The notes beneath the pieces are model-generated. The model worked only from the letters and a program-made list of their open reading frames with translations, was not told the DNA's origin and made no database searches. From Acidimicrobiia bacterium (GTDB lineage: Bacteria; Actinomycetota; Acidimicrobiia; Spongiisociales; Spongiisociaceae), in assembly GCA_041576165.1 (NCBI GenBank), contig JBFGLM010000002.1, forward strand, positions 1-64,000: DNA of 64,000 nucleotides, read 5' to 3'. The translations under genes and the position numbers were made by a program. Below, piece after piece: positions 45,626 to 55,511 of the stretch (position 1 is the first letter of the stretch; every line of letters starts with the position of its first letter).

Positions 45626-46423
45626 TCAGCCGCAGTGGCGCTGGCGCACCGCCTCGAACAGCAGCACTCCGGCGGCCATGGCGGCGTTGAGTGAGTCCGC
45701 GGACCCGGCCATGGGTACACGAACCAAAGCGTCAGCGTCATCCAACCACCGGCGCGACAACCCCACCTGTTCGGATCCGATCACCAGGGCCGTCGCCGCG
45801 GAGTAGTCGATCTGCCAGTAAAGGCGTTCGGCATGGGGAGTTGCGGCCACGCGCTGGATGTTGCGGTCCGCCAACCACGATGAGGCTGCTTCGGTCCCGA
45901 CCACCGCCAGCGGAACGGTGAAGAGTGATCCGATCGAGGCACGAACGGCGTTCGGGTTGAACGGGTCGGTGGTCGGATCGCATACCATGACCGCGTGGGC
46001 GCCCGCTGCGTCGGCGGTACGCAGCATGGTGCCGAGATTCCCCGGTTTTTCGATCGCTTCAACGACAAGCAACAGGGCGTCGCCCGGCGGGTCGATGGCG
46101 GACAGCGACGTGTCGAATTGGCGCGCGACGGCCAGCAGGCCTTCCGGACGGTCCCGGTATGCCACTTTGCGGAACGCAGCCTCTCCCAGCTCGATGGCGG
46201 TGGCTCCGCCTGCCAGGACGCGATCGACCAGCGTTTCCTCGTTTTCACCGAGGTAGAGGTCGGGGCTGTAATAGAGTTCCTGTATCTCGACCTTGCCGGC
46301 GGCCTTCGAGAGCTCCCGGTAGCCCTCGATCAGAAACGTCCCGGTCCGGTCCCTTTCACGCCGGTTGCGGAGGCGCACGAGGTGTTTGACCCGGGCGTTG
46401 GCCAGCGATCGGATCGGTTCCAT
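45626..46423 (-). CDS. TrmH/SpoU family RNA methyltransferase
   Basis: EKPGNLGTMLRTADA, RASIG, IGSEQVGL, VPM.G.ADSLNAAMA. Confidence 0.93.
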   Translation of the reverse strand: MEPIRSLANARVKHLVRLRNRRERDRTGTFLIEGYRELSKAAGKVEIQELYYSPDLYLGENEETLVDRVLAGGATAIELGEAAFRKVAYRDRPEGLLAVARQFDTSLSAIDPPGDALLLVVEAIEKPGNLGTMLRTADAAGAHAVMVCDPTTDPFNPNAVRASIGSLFTVPLAVVGTEAASSWLADRNIQRVAATPHAERLYWQIDYSAATALVIGSEQVGLSRRWLDDADALVRVPMAGSADSLNAAMAAGVLLFEAVRQRHCG

Positions 46424-46486
46424 GGCTTCAGCGCCGGTGCCGCGCCCCGCGCGACCCGTTCACGAGACCCGGTCCGACCCGCGGGG

Positions 46487-46876
46487 TCATGACCCTGCCG
46501 CGCTGGACGGGTACGCCTTCAGCTCGATCAGATTGCCATCCGGGTCCCGCACGTACATGCCGGGGCCGTCGCCCTGCGCTCCGAAGATGACCTTGGGCGG
46601 TCGCACGACCTCGAACTCGCCCGAAGCAGCCGCCGCACCCAGGTCTCCCTCAACGTAGAGGGAGAAATGGTCGACGTTCTCCCCAGTCCGCTCACCCGGC
46701 ACCAGATCGATCAAGGCGGATTCGCTGATCTTCATCGAGACGAATGGCACCGTGCCGGCGCGAAATGCCTCCAGGCGCAAGGGCTCCAGACCGAGCTTGT
46801 CCCGGTACCACGCAACCGAACGTTCGACGTCGGCGCACACGACGACAACGTGGTCGATTCCTTTCACCCGCAGCAT
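46487..46876 (-). CDS. VOC/glyoxalase family protein
   Basis: IDHVV, VERS.AWY, NVDHF, YVRDPDGNLIEL. Confidence 0.88.
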   Translation of the reverse strand: MLRVKGIDHVVVVCADVERSVAWYRDKLGLEPLRLEAFRAGTVPFVSMKISESALIDLVPGERTGENVDHFSLYVEGDLGAAAASGEFEVVRPPKVIFGAQGDGPGMYVRDPDGNLIELKAYPSSAAGS

Positions 46877-46936
46877 GTCGTCATGCTAGAGGGGCACCCG
46901 GCTGCTGGTACCGGCATCGGAGCAGGGTCGAGCCGC

Positions 46937-47551
46937 TCAGAAATCCACCCGCCAGTCGGGGCTCCACTCCTCCCAGTGGATCACCTGGTCCGGCGGTCGG
47001 TGCCCGCGGGCCAGCGAGCCGGAACGCCGGTCGGGTCGCGGGTATCCCACCGTCACTACGCCGACCGGCGAATATTCGATCGGGATGCCAAGTAACGCCG
47101 AAATGTCTCCCATCGCGTGGCTGCCCAAGAACCCGGCTGCCAGCCCTTCGTTGATGGCTGCGAGCAACACGGCCATCAGCGCTGCACCGGCATCCACCCA
47201 CCAGTAGGGGACCGGCCAGTCGATCTCCCGGCCTTTTTCGTCGAGCTTGTCGGGTTCTCGATAGCGGCGGTGGTACGCGGCTTCTGAAACCACCAGCACG
47301 ATGTGCGCCGGTGCCCGGCTGATCCACGGCTCCATGCCGGCCTCCACATAGCCGGCTTCTCCGCTCAGCTCTGCGATCCGGGCCCGGGTCTCCACGCCGG
47401 TAACGACCACCGCCGCCACTCCTTGCGAGAAGCCGGCGCTCGGCGCTCGCATCGCTGCCCGAGCAATGCGTTCCAGAGCGGGCCGGGGGACCGGGGTCGT
47501 GGCGTAGTTACGCGCCATGCGGCGGCGAGAGAGCACTTCTGCAAAATCCAC
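46937..47551 (-). CDS. Nitroreductase family protein
   Basis: RRRMARNY, RAPSAGFSQG, VPYWWVDAG, EGLAA.F, VTVGYP. Confidence 0.9.
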   Translation of the reverse strand: MDFAEVLSRRRMARNYATTPVPRPALERIARAAMRAPSAGFSQGVAAVVVTGVETRARIAELSGEAGYVEAGMEPWISRAPAHIVLVVSEAAYHRRYREPDKLDEKGREIDWPVPYWWVDAGAALMAVLLAAINEGLAAGFLGSHAMGDISALLGIPIEYSPVGVVTVGYPRPDRRSGSLARGHRPPDQVIHWEEWSPDWRVDF

Positions 47552-47621
47552 CGCCGGAGCTTAGGACCCGAGCGTTCGCCGGGGTGCCGCTCGCTGCGCC
47601 GGGCGTCTGTACGATCGCCGG

Positions 47622-47978
47622 ATGCAAGGTCGGGCCAGGCTCAAACAAGCAGCCCGCGAGGTCGGCATAGGCGCCGGCGCCGCTCTGGTGTTGTTGCTGC
47701 TGGTGATGCGCGGCTCGGTGGCCGCTGCGGAGTTCGCCTTCCTGGCCCTGTCGCTGGCCGCCTTGTACTGGATCGCAACCGTGCCGCTTGGGCGGATCAT
47801 GACCGATGCAGGCCGGCCGCGGCTGATGGTATTTGGTTCGCTCAGTGTTCTTGTCCTAGTGGCGGCGTTGTCGGTGGCGATCTTGGCCGAGCTATTGATT
47901 CTCGCCGCGCTGCCGGTGGTCGTGGCGACGCTGCTGGTTGGTGTGTGGAGGATTGGGCGCCGCTCGACCGGGGCGTGA
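47622..47978 (+). CDS. Hypothetical membrane protein
   Basis: About four hydrophobic helices; TACGAT-N6-ATG. Confidence 0.6.
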   Translation: MQGRARLKQAAREVGIGAGAALVLLLLVMRGSVAAAEFAFLALSLAALYWIATVPLGRIMTDAGRPRLMVFGSLSVLVLVAALSVAILAELLILAALPVVVATLLVGVWRIGRRSTGA

Positions 47979-48011
47979 CCTAGCCGGGCTCGCAATCGGC
48001 GCGCCGACCGG

Positions 48012-49376
48012 TCACACCTCCCGGACCGCTTTGGCGAGCTCCTCCAGCGCATCCCTGGCATCGGCGAACAGCATCAGCGTCTTGTCTTCGTAGAACAACG
48101 GATTGTCGATGCCGGCGAAGCCGGGGGAGAGGCTGCGTTTGACGACAACGGCGGTGTCGGCCTCGTCAACATTGAGGATCGGCATTCCGTAGATCACTGA
48201 TCCTTCTTCCCGGGCGAGCGGGTTGACGACGTCGTTGGCGCCGACGACCAGCGCCACGCTGGTGCGGTCGAAGTCCTCGTTGATGTCGTCCAGGTCCAGC
48301 AGCACGTCGTAGGGTACATCGGCTTCTGCCAGCAGTACGTTCATGTGTCCTGGCATCCTCCCCGCCACCGGATGGATGGCGTAGCGCACCCCGACTCCTC
48401 GTTCCTCGAGCCGGTCCGCCAGTTCCCGCAACGCATGCTGGGCCTGGGCTACCGCCAGGCCGTACCCAGGAACCACGATCACCGAATCGGCGTACGCCAG
48501 GGTGACCGCAACGTCGTCGATGGTGGCGCGCCGCACAGAGCGGTCACCGAGTTCGCCTCCTGCTGCTTGCGGTCCCCCGAACGCCGCGAACAGCACGTTG
48601 CCGAGCGTACGGTTCATGGCGCGGGACATGATGGCCGTGAGTATCAGGCCGGAGGCACCGACGAGGGCTCCGGAGATGATCAACACGTTGGAGGAGATCA
48701 CGAATCCCGCCGCCGACGCCGCCAAACCCGACAGCGAGTTGAGGAAGGCGACCACCACCGGCATGTCGGCCCCCCCGATCGGCAGGGTGCGGACGACGCC
48801 CAGCACACCGGCCAGGCCGAACAACGCCCAGTACGCGGCCGCGGCATCCCCGATCACCAGCCACACCCCCCCGGCCACCGCGGCGACGCTCAACGCACCA
48901 TCGCCCACGAGTTGCCCGCGGTATCCCAAGGGCCGGCCGGGAACCAGTCCTTGCAGCTTGCCGAACGCGATGAAGCTGCCGGTGAGTGTGACCGCGCCGA
49001 TCGCCGTGGAGAACGCGATCGTGACCCGAGTGTCGGTCGCGAGGCCGGAGGCGGTGAGAAACTCGGCACCTGCAACGAGGGCTGACGCTCCGCCGCCAAA
49101 GCCATTGAACGCCGCCACCAGTTGCGGCATGGCGGTCATCTCCACCGAGCGGGCCAGGTATGCGCCGACGGCGGCACCGACGACCAGGCCGGCCGTGATC
49201 ACGCCGTACGACACAACGGCCTGATCGGCCAGAGTCACGACGACGGCAATCAGCATGCCTCCCGCGGCGAGTTGGTTTCCTCGGCGGGCCGTGGCCGGCG
49301 ACGCGAGCCGCCGGAGGCCAATGATGAACAGCGCCGCCGCCCCGAGGTAGAGCAAGCTGGCGATCTCGGTGGTCAC
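48012..49376 (-). CDS. pntB: NAD(P) transhydrogenase subunit beta
   Basis: MTAMPQLVA.FN, IGGADMPVV, VPGYGLAVAQAQH, IHPVAGRMPGHMNVLLAEA, GANDVVNP. GTG 49376. Confidence 0.96.
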   Translation of the reverse strand: MTTEIASLLYLGAAALFIIGLRRLASPATARRGNQLAAGGMLIAVVVTLADQAVVSYGVITAGLVVGAAVGAYLARSVEMTAMPQLVAAFNGFGGGASALVAGAEFLTASGLATDTRVTIAFSTAIGAVTLTGSFIAFGKLQGLVPGRPLGYRGQLVGDGALSVAAVAGGVWLVIGDAAAAYWALFGLAGVLGVVRTLPIGGADMPVVVAFLNSLSGLAASAAGFVISSNVLIISGALVGASGLILTAIMSRAMNRTLGNVLFAAFGGPQAAGGELGDRSVRRATIDDVAVTLAYADSVIVVPGYGLAVAQAQHALRELADRLEERGVGVRYAIHPVAGRMPGHMNVLLAEADVPYDVLLDLDDINEDFDRTSVALVVGANDVVNPLAREEGSVIYGMPILNVDEADTAVVVKRSLSPGFAGIDNPLFYEDKTLMLFADARDALEELAKAVREV

Positions 49377-49657
49377 CGACTCTGCCTTCCCTTGAACATC
49401 TCGAGCATGCGGTCGGTGACGAGGAAACCGCCGACCACATTGATGGTGGCGAGTGTCACAGCCAGAAATCCCAGGATCCCGGCCATCGTGGTAGCGCCGC
49501 GCCCGCTGACGACTATGGCAGCCACAACGGTGATGCCCGAGATTGCGTTCGAGCCCGACATCAGCGGCGTGTGGAGCTGCGGCGGAACCTTGCTGATCAC
49601 TTCGAAGCCGATGAAGGCTGCCAGCACGAACACGGTGATCCCGATGATCAGCGTCAT
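49373..49657 (-). CDS. pntA2: NAD(P) transhydrogenase subunit alpha, part 2
   Basis: KVPPQLHTPLMSGSNAISG, NVVGGFLVTDRMLEMF. Confidence 0.95.
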   Translation of the reverse strand: MTLIIGITVFVLAAFIGFEVISKVPPQLHTPLMSGSNAISGITVVAAIVVSGRGATTMAGILGFLAVTLATINVVGGFLVTDRMLEMFKGRQSR

Positions 49658-50784
49658 GCGTCTGTCCCCTCGGACTCGGCCAGCAACTCGAGGACCCGCG
49701 GATGCCGCACCCGTCCACCGTGCGCAACGGTTACGTAGTCGATGATCTCATCCTCGAAGTCGAGCTCCAGCGTGCCCTCGGGAGCCGCCAGTTGCAGGAA
49801 TTCGAACGCGTTGCGAGCGAACATCTCGGATGCATGGGTGGCGGTCCGGGCCGGGAGGTCGGTGAAACCCACGATGGTCACGCCGTCGTGGTCGATCACC
49901 TCGCCGGGAACCGTCAGCTCACAGTTGCCCCCAGTGGAGGCGGCCCCGTCGATGACGATCGAACCCGGGCTCAGCGCCTGGATCATCGATCGAGTCACGA
50001 GGATCGGGGCGCGGCGGCCGGGAATTGCGGCGGTCGTGATCACGGCGTCGGCTGCGGCGACGTGCACTTCGAGCTCGTCCAGCAGTCGCGCCTGATCCTC
50101 GTCGGTGAGCGCCCGGGCGTATCCACCGCTGGCGGCAGCGTCCTGCTGACCCAGTCCAAGAGTGATGAACTTCGCGCCCAGGCTCTCGACCTGCTCTGCG
50201 GCCGCAGCCCGGACGTCATAGGCGGAAACGACAGCCCCCAGTCGCCGGGCCGTGGCGATCGCCTGGAGTCCGGCTACTCCGGCCCCCAAGACCAGCACTT
50301 TGGCCGGTCGAATCGTTCCGGCCGCGGTGGTGAGCATCGGGAAGAACTTTGGAAGCCGCGCGGCCGCCTCCAGTACCGCCTGATATCCCAGCACTGTGGC
50401 CTGCGAGGAGAGAACATCCATCGATTGGGCCCGAGTCGAGCGCGGGAGCAGCTCGAATGCCAGCACCGTCACGTTTCGCTCAGCGAGGTTCGAGATGCGT
50501 TTCGGATGCTCCAGCGGCTCCGCCAGACCCAACACCGCGCCGCCGTCGCGGAGCGCCGCGGCGACCTCGTCGGTGACGGTGATCGTCGTGACCAGATCTG
50601 TGTCATATGCATCCGAGCCAATCGCGGCACCAGCTTCGACGTAGTCGTCGTCAGCGAATCCCGCTGCTTCCCCGGCCCCGGGCGACACCACGATTGAGTG
50701 GTGGTCGCTCAGCCGGCGAACGATCGCCGGCGTGAGGGCCACCCGCCTGTCCCAGTCTGATGGTCGAACGACTCCGATGCGCAT
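49654..50784 (-). CDS. pntA1: NAD(P) transhydrogenase subunit alpha, part 1
   Basis: RRVALTP, RAQSMDVLSSQ, GAGVAGLQAIATA, IPGRRAP, GGNCE. Confidence 0.95.
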   Translation of the reverse strand: MRIGVVRPSDWDRRVALTPAIVRRLSDHHSIVVSPGAGEAAGFADDDYVEAGAAIGSDAYDTDLVTTITVTDEVAAALRDGGAVLGLAEPLEHPKRISNLAERNVTVLAFELLPRSTRAQSMDVLSSQATVLGYQAVLEAAARLPKFFPMLTTAAGTIRPAKVLVLGAGVAGLQAIATARRLGAVVSAYDVRAAAAEQVESLGAKFITLGLGQQDAAASGGYARALTDEDQARLLDELEVHVAAADAVITTAAIPGRRAPILVTRSMIQALSPGSIVIDGAASTGGNCELTVPGEVIDHDGVTIVGFTDLPARTATHASEMFARNAFEFLQLAAPEGTLELDFEDEIIDYVTVAHGGRVRHPRVLELLAESEGTDA

Positions 50785-50937
50785 GAGCGGTCGAATCTAG
50801 AGCCTTCTGAACGCAGTACGGGAATCTGAAACCACCACGAGTGTCGGTTGTCAGCCCGTCGATGGGCCCATGTAGTGGACAAAGCGCGGAAATGGCGCCC
50901 CAGAAAACCGCAGACGCCCTAAATTGGGGTTTCGGTA

Positions 50938-51864
50938 ATGACGGATTCCCGAAACCATGCCCGTACGTCTATGCGCGTCGTCTGGACACGCGGGAAAGGG
51001 TGTGCGGACTTGGCGGCTGCAGTGTCGGATGACACGGCGGCCCGTGTTACCGGAGACATCGAACAGGCCGTCGTCGCTCAGCGCGCCGACCTGCTGGTGA
51101 CGAAGAAGTTCACCCCGAAGGCATTCGTCAGCACCGCCAGCCCGATGGACTTCGATTTAGACGCCTTTGACCGTGTCGTCGCCATGGTGGGCGGTGGCCC
51201 CCATTCGGCGCTCGCCACTGATGTCGCCAACCGAATCGGACAGGCGCGTGGCGTTCCGGCGCGCCTCATCTCCGCCTACCGCGAGCCCGAGGAGCGCCCC
51301 GATGCCGTCGCCACCATCTACCGTCTCAATGAGGTGGCTCCCGGGATCGATGCCGATGTGGTGGAGGCCACCAGCCCGGCCGACCTCATCACGCGGATCG
51401 GCGACCGGACGCTGATCGTGTTGGGCGCCCCAGGCGGCTCGTGGGTGCAGAGGATGTTCATCGGTCCCGGCGCTCGGCTGATTTCCGCTGCGTCGGCCGG
51501 AGCGGTGGTGGTACGCCGTGCCGCTCGCCGGGTCTATCAAGTAATGGAAGATCCGATCTGGGTCAGTCCGCTGCTGGGTGCCACCGATGCGGTCCGGCTG
51601 TCCAACGCACAAGTGCTGCCAGTGGTCGACCGGGGACGCCTGGTGGGTACGACCGCCCGTTCAACCCTGCTGTCGGCGGCTGGTGGGGAGACTGTCGGCG
51701 CCTTGATGCGACCGCCCGAAGCGGTCAAGATCACCGACGGCGTGCGAATGGCCGGCGATGTGGCCAGCCGCCAAGGGGGCGGACCGGTAGCGGTGGTTGA
51801 CGACGACGGCCATCTCGTCGGGACCGTTCCTCTGTCGGCTATCCGGTCCAGCGCCGCGTATTGA
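50938..51864 (+). CDS. UspA-like + CBS-pair domain protein
   Basis: VGGGPHS Usp-like motif; two CBS repeats (LPVVDRGRLVG, VAVVDDDGHLVG). Start may be 50971. Confidence 0.72.
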   Translation: MTDSRNHARTSMRVVWTRGKGCADLAAAVSDDTAARVTGDIEQAVVAQRADLLVTKKFTPKAFVSTASPMDFDLDAFDRVVAMVGGGPHSALATDVANRIGQARGVPARLISAYREPEERPDAVATIYRLNEVAPGIDADVVEATSPADLITRIGDRTLIVLGAPGGSWVQRMFIGPGARLISAASAGAVVVRRAARRVYQVMEDPIWVSPLLGATDAVRLSNAQVLPVVDRGRLVGTTARSTLLSAAGGETVGALMRPPEAVKITDGVRMAGDVASRQGGGPVAVVDDDGHLVGTVPLSAIRSSAAY

Positions 51865-51892
51865 AACCGCCCGGCGGCTGCCGGGAGCCCGG

Positions 51893-52066
51893 TCAGTGGA
51901 CGGCGCGGACGCCCAACAGGCTCAGCAACAACACCCATGCACCGATGACGAAGATCCGCCACTCGACATGGCGCCATGCGGCCCGGAGTGCGATGGCGCC
52001 CACGATCAGGACTGTCATCACCTGAACCAGCACGCCCGCATCGGTAGCGGGCAGGAGGACATCCAC
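51893..52066 (-). CDS. Small two-helix membrane protein
   Basis: GGAGG SD before GTG; MDVLLPATDAGVLVQ...GVRAVH. Confidence 0.55.
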   Translation of the reverse strand: MDVLLPATDAGVLVQVMTVLIVGAIALRAAWRHVEWRIFVIGAWVLLLSLLGVRAVH

Positions 52067-52181
52067 CACGGCCTCCACGGTACCGGGCCGTCGCGTCAAA
52101 CTGTGCGGGGTGCCATCTCGCTCCCGTGCTCGATCTGTACACGAGATCTCGTACCATGCGCGGTCTGACGAGAGGAGCGTG

Positions 52182-55100
52182 ATGGAAGGGCCGGTCGGGT
52201 ACTACCGCCACCCGACGATCTCGGGCGACAAGATCGTTTTTGTCGCAGAGGACGATCTGTGGATGGTTGGGGAGGAAGGCGGGTTCGCCAGCCGGATGAC
52301 CTCAAATCCCGGGTCGGTGTCCTTCCCGCGGCTGTCTCCGGATGGCAGCGCTGTCGCGTTCGTGTCCAAAGACGAGGGGCATCCCGAGGCGTTCGTTATG
52401 CCTGCCGCCGGTGGGCCGGCCACCAGGATCACGCACTTCGGCGGCCTGACCACAGTGGTCAACTGGCAATCCGACAACCGGGTAGTGGTGGCGACCGACT
52501 TCGAACAACCCTTCGCCTCGCTGATGGAGCTCCATTCCGTGCCGGCCGGCGGGGGGCTGCCACGGCCGCTCGGCTATGGCCCGGCCCGGGCGGTCTCCTT
52601 CCAGCCCGGCGGGCGAGGTGTGGTGATCGGCCGCAACTCGGCTGATCCCGCCCGCTGGAAGCGGTATCGGGGGGGAACTGCGGGAACGATATGGATTGAC
52701 CGGAACGGCGATGGCGAGTTCGCTCCTCTGATCGACCTTCCCGGCAACCTGGCGCATCCAATGTGGGTCGGACGCAGGATCTATTTCCTGTCGGATCACG
52801 AAGGACACGGGAACATCTACTCGTGTACCCCCACTGGCAGGTCGCTCAAGCGCCATACCCACCATGAGGACTTCTATGCCCGGTACCCGGACACCGACGG
52901 CAGCAGGATCGTCTATCACGCCGGAGCGGACATCTGGCGCTTTGACATCTCACGCGACGAGTCCGTGCAGCTGGACATACGGCTGCCATCGACCCGCCCC
53001 CAGCGAAACCGGCGTTTCGAACGCGCCACCCGCAACCTCGAGTCGATCGATCTGCATCCTCAAGGTTCGCAGCTGGCGATCACGGCCCGCGGGACGGTCT
53101 TCACGGCCCCGGTTTGGGAAGGCGCGCCGCGCAGTCACGACCGAGCGAGCGAAAGCCGGATGCGCCTGGGCACGTGGTTGGCCGATGGCCAGCGCTTTGC
53201 TGCAGTATCCGACGCCTCCGGTGAGGAGCGATTGATCGTGGCGTCCGCCGATGGCAGCGAACAGGCGCGGGTGCTGAGCGCCGACGTCGGCCGTCCGTTC
53301 TGGATCGAAGCCTCACCGGCCGGATCCGACCGGATCGCCGTCCTGAACCAGCGTCAGGAATTGCTACTCGTCAATGTCAGGTCCGGCCAAGCCCGGGTGA
53401 TCCATGCCAGCCCCCACGATCGGATCTACGGTATGGCCTGGTCACCCGATGGGCGCTGGCTGGCGTTTGGTGCCGCACTCACCCAGCGGAGCGCCGCCTT
53501 GCACGTGGCCGATACCAGCACCGGCCGGGTACATCAGATCACGTCCGGCGACTTCCGCGACGGCTGGCCCTCGTTTGATCCGGCCGGCGTATATCTGTAT
53601 TTCTTGTCGTGGCGTACGTTCAACCCGGTGTCGGACGCTTTGTTCTTCGACCACGGTTTCCCTAACGCGGCCAAGCCGTACCTCATCCCACTCGCCGCCG
53701 AGACACCATCGCCGTTTTCGTTGGAGCATCGGGAACCGCGCGCTCCCGGCTCCCCAGCCGGACCCAATGGGAAGAACCGCAACGAGGACCGAAACAACGG
53801 TGCCGACGCGGGGACGGCGGGCCCCCAACCGGTCGAGATCGACCTGGAGACCATCTCACGCCGGATCGTCCCCCTCCCGGTTCCAGAGGGTCGCTATACC
53901 AAGGTGGCGGGTGCGGCCAGTCGCATTGTGTTTTCATCCATTCCGACAGAAGGTGCTCTCCCGATCAGCCCCAACGCGGAGGAGGGACGACCGAAGGGTC
54001 GGCTCCAGGCCTACGACTTCACTCGGGACCGGGTAGAGACCGTGATGGACGGGATATCGGGCTTCACGGTGTCGATGGACGGCAAGGTGATCGCTATCCG
54101 GTCGGCGCGCAAACTGCGCGTGGTGCCGGCCGGGTTCAAGGAGGAGAATCCCGGTCCGGAGGAGAAGACCCGGGAGACGGGGTGGGTAAACATCGACAGG
54201 TTCCGCCTCGAGATCGTCCCCGGGCGGGACTGGGCCCAGATGTTGCGCGAAGCGTGGCGACTGCAGCGGGATCAGTTCTGGACCGAGGACATGTCCGGGG
54301 TCGACTGGGTTGATGTCTACCAGCGCTATGCCCCCCTGGTGGACCGAGTGGCCGCACGTTCCGAGTTCTCCGACCTCATGTGGGAGATGCAGGGGGAACT
54401 CGGCACGTCGCATGCCTATGAGATGGGGGGTGACTACCGGCCTGAGCCGAAATGGTTCCGAGGATTCCTCGGCGCGGACTTGTCCTACGACCGGCGGGCC
54501 AAGGCGTGGCGGGTGGAAAGAGTGGTAGAAGGCGATCCTTGGGAGCGGTCGGCTGCGTCACCGCTGGCGGCGGCCGGGGTCGACGTCGCCCCCGGTGATC
54601 GGATCCTCGCGGTGGACGGGGTCGATTTGGATGAGCGGACGACGCCCGGCATGGCGCTGGCCGATCGGGCGGGACGTCCAGTAGAGATCAAAGTGGCCCG
54701 TGGCCGGCGGCGACCGCGGACGTTTGTGGTCAGGACCCTCACCTCAGAACGCTCGGTCCGTTACCGAGACTGGGTGGAGCGCAACCGGGCCCTCGTGCAC
54801 GAAGGCACGGGCGGCCGGGTCGGCTATGTGCACATCCCGAACATGGGTCCGGACGGTTTCGCCGAGTTTCATCGTTACTACCCGGTGGAAGTGGAACGCG
54901 ACGGCTTGATTGTGGACGTGCGGTTCAACGGCGGTGGCAACGTCTCCCAGCTTCTGCTCGAGCGACTGCTGCGGCGCCGGGTCGGGTACAACCAGACGCG
55001 TCACGGAGGCTGGCGACCCTATCCGCAGGATTCGCCGGCCGGTCCGCTGGTAGCGCTGACCAACGAATGGGCGGGAAGCGACGGGGACATCTTCAGCCAC

Positions 55101-55430
55101 GCCTTCAAACTGTACGGACTGGGCCCGCTGATCGGCACTCGCACCTGGGGCGGGGTGATCGGGATCTGGCCGCGCCACACGTTGGTCGACGGCACGGTCA
55201 CCACCCAGCCCGAGTTCTCGTACTGGTTCAACGACGTCGGGTGGCGAGTCGAGAATTACGGGACCGACCCCGACATCGTGGTGGAGATCACCCCGCAGGA
55301 CTATCGCGCTGGCCGCGACCCGCAGCTACAGCGGGGCATTGAGGAGGTCCAGCGCATCATGAGCGAGAGCGGACCGACCACGCCCGAGTTCGGTCCACGG
55401 CCGGAGAAGGTGCCCCCCAAGCTCTCTTGA
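52182..55430 (+). CDS. Tricorn protease (S41 family)
   Basis: Beta-propeller repeats (FVAEDDLW, WKRYRGG), GELGTSH, PDZ domain, GYVHIP, DVRFNGGG, catalytic GSDGD, GTRTWGG. Confidence 0.94.
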   Translation: MEGPVGYYRHPTISGDKIVFVAEDDLWMVGEEGGFASRMTSNPGSVSFPRLSPDGSAVAFVSKDEGHPEAFVMPAAGGPATRITHFGGLTTVVNWQSDNRVVVATDFEQPFASLMELHSVPAGGGLPRPLGYGPARAVSFQPGGRGVVIGRNSADPARWKRYRGGTAGTIWIDRNGDGEFAPLIDLPGNLAHPMWVGRRIYFLSDHEGHGNIYSCTPTGRSLKRHTHHEDFYARYPDTDGSRIVYHAGADIWRFDISRDESVQLDIRLPSTRPQRNRRFERATRNLESIDLHPQGSQLAITARGTVFTAPVWEGAPRSHDRASESRMRLGTWLADGQRFAAVSDASGEERLIVASADGSEQARVLSADVGRPFWIEASPAGSDRIAVLNQRQELLLVNVRSGQARVIHASPHDRIYGMAWSPDGRWLAFGAALTQRSAALHVADTSTGRVHQITSGDFRDGWPSFDPAGVYLYFLSWRTFNPVSDALFFDHGFPNAAKPYLIPLAAETPSPFSLEHREPRAPGSPAGPNGKNRNEDRNNGADAGTAGPQPVEIDLETISRRIVPLPVPEGRYTKVAGAASRIVFSSIPTEGALPISPNAEEGRPKGRLQAYDFTRDRVETVMDGISGFTVSMDGKVIAIRSARKLRVVPAGFKEENPGPEEKTRETGWVNIDRFRLEIVPGRDWAQMLREAWRLQRDQFWTEDMSGVDWVDVYQRYAPLVDRVAARSEFSDLMWEMQGELGTSHAYEMGGDYRPEPKWFRGFLGADLSYDRRAKAWRVERVVEGDPWERSAASPLAAAGVDVAPGDRILAVDGVDLDERTTPGMALADRAGRPVEIKVARGRRRPRTFVVRTLTSERSVRYRDWVERNRALVHEGTGGRVGYVHIPNMGPDGFAEFHRYYPVEVERDGLIVDVRFNGGGNVSQLLLERLLRRRVGYNQTRHGGWRPYPQDSPAGPLVALTNEWAGSDGDIFSHAFKLYGLGPLIGTRTWGGVIGIWPRHTLVDGTVTTQPEFSYWFNDVGWRVENYGTDPDIVVEITPQDYRAGRDPQLQRGIEEVQRIMSESGPTTPEFGPRPEKVPPKLS

Positions 55431-55511
55431 AGCGCCCGCTTCGCACGCTGCGTCCATCCTGTGGATGGTGCGCAGGAACCGTCATTGGGATTTGATACCG
55501 TTGGTCAAGCG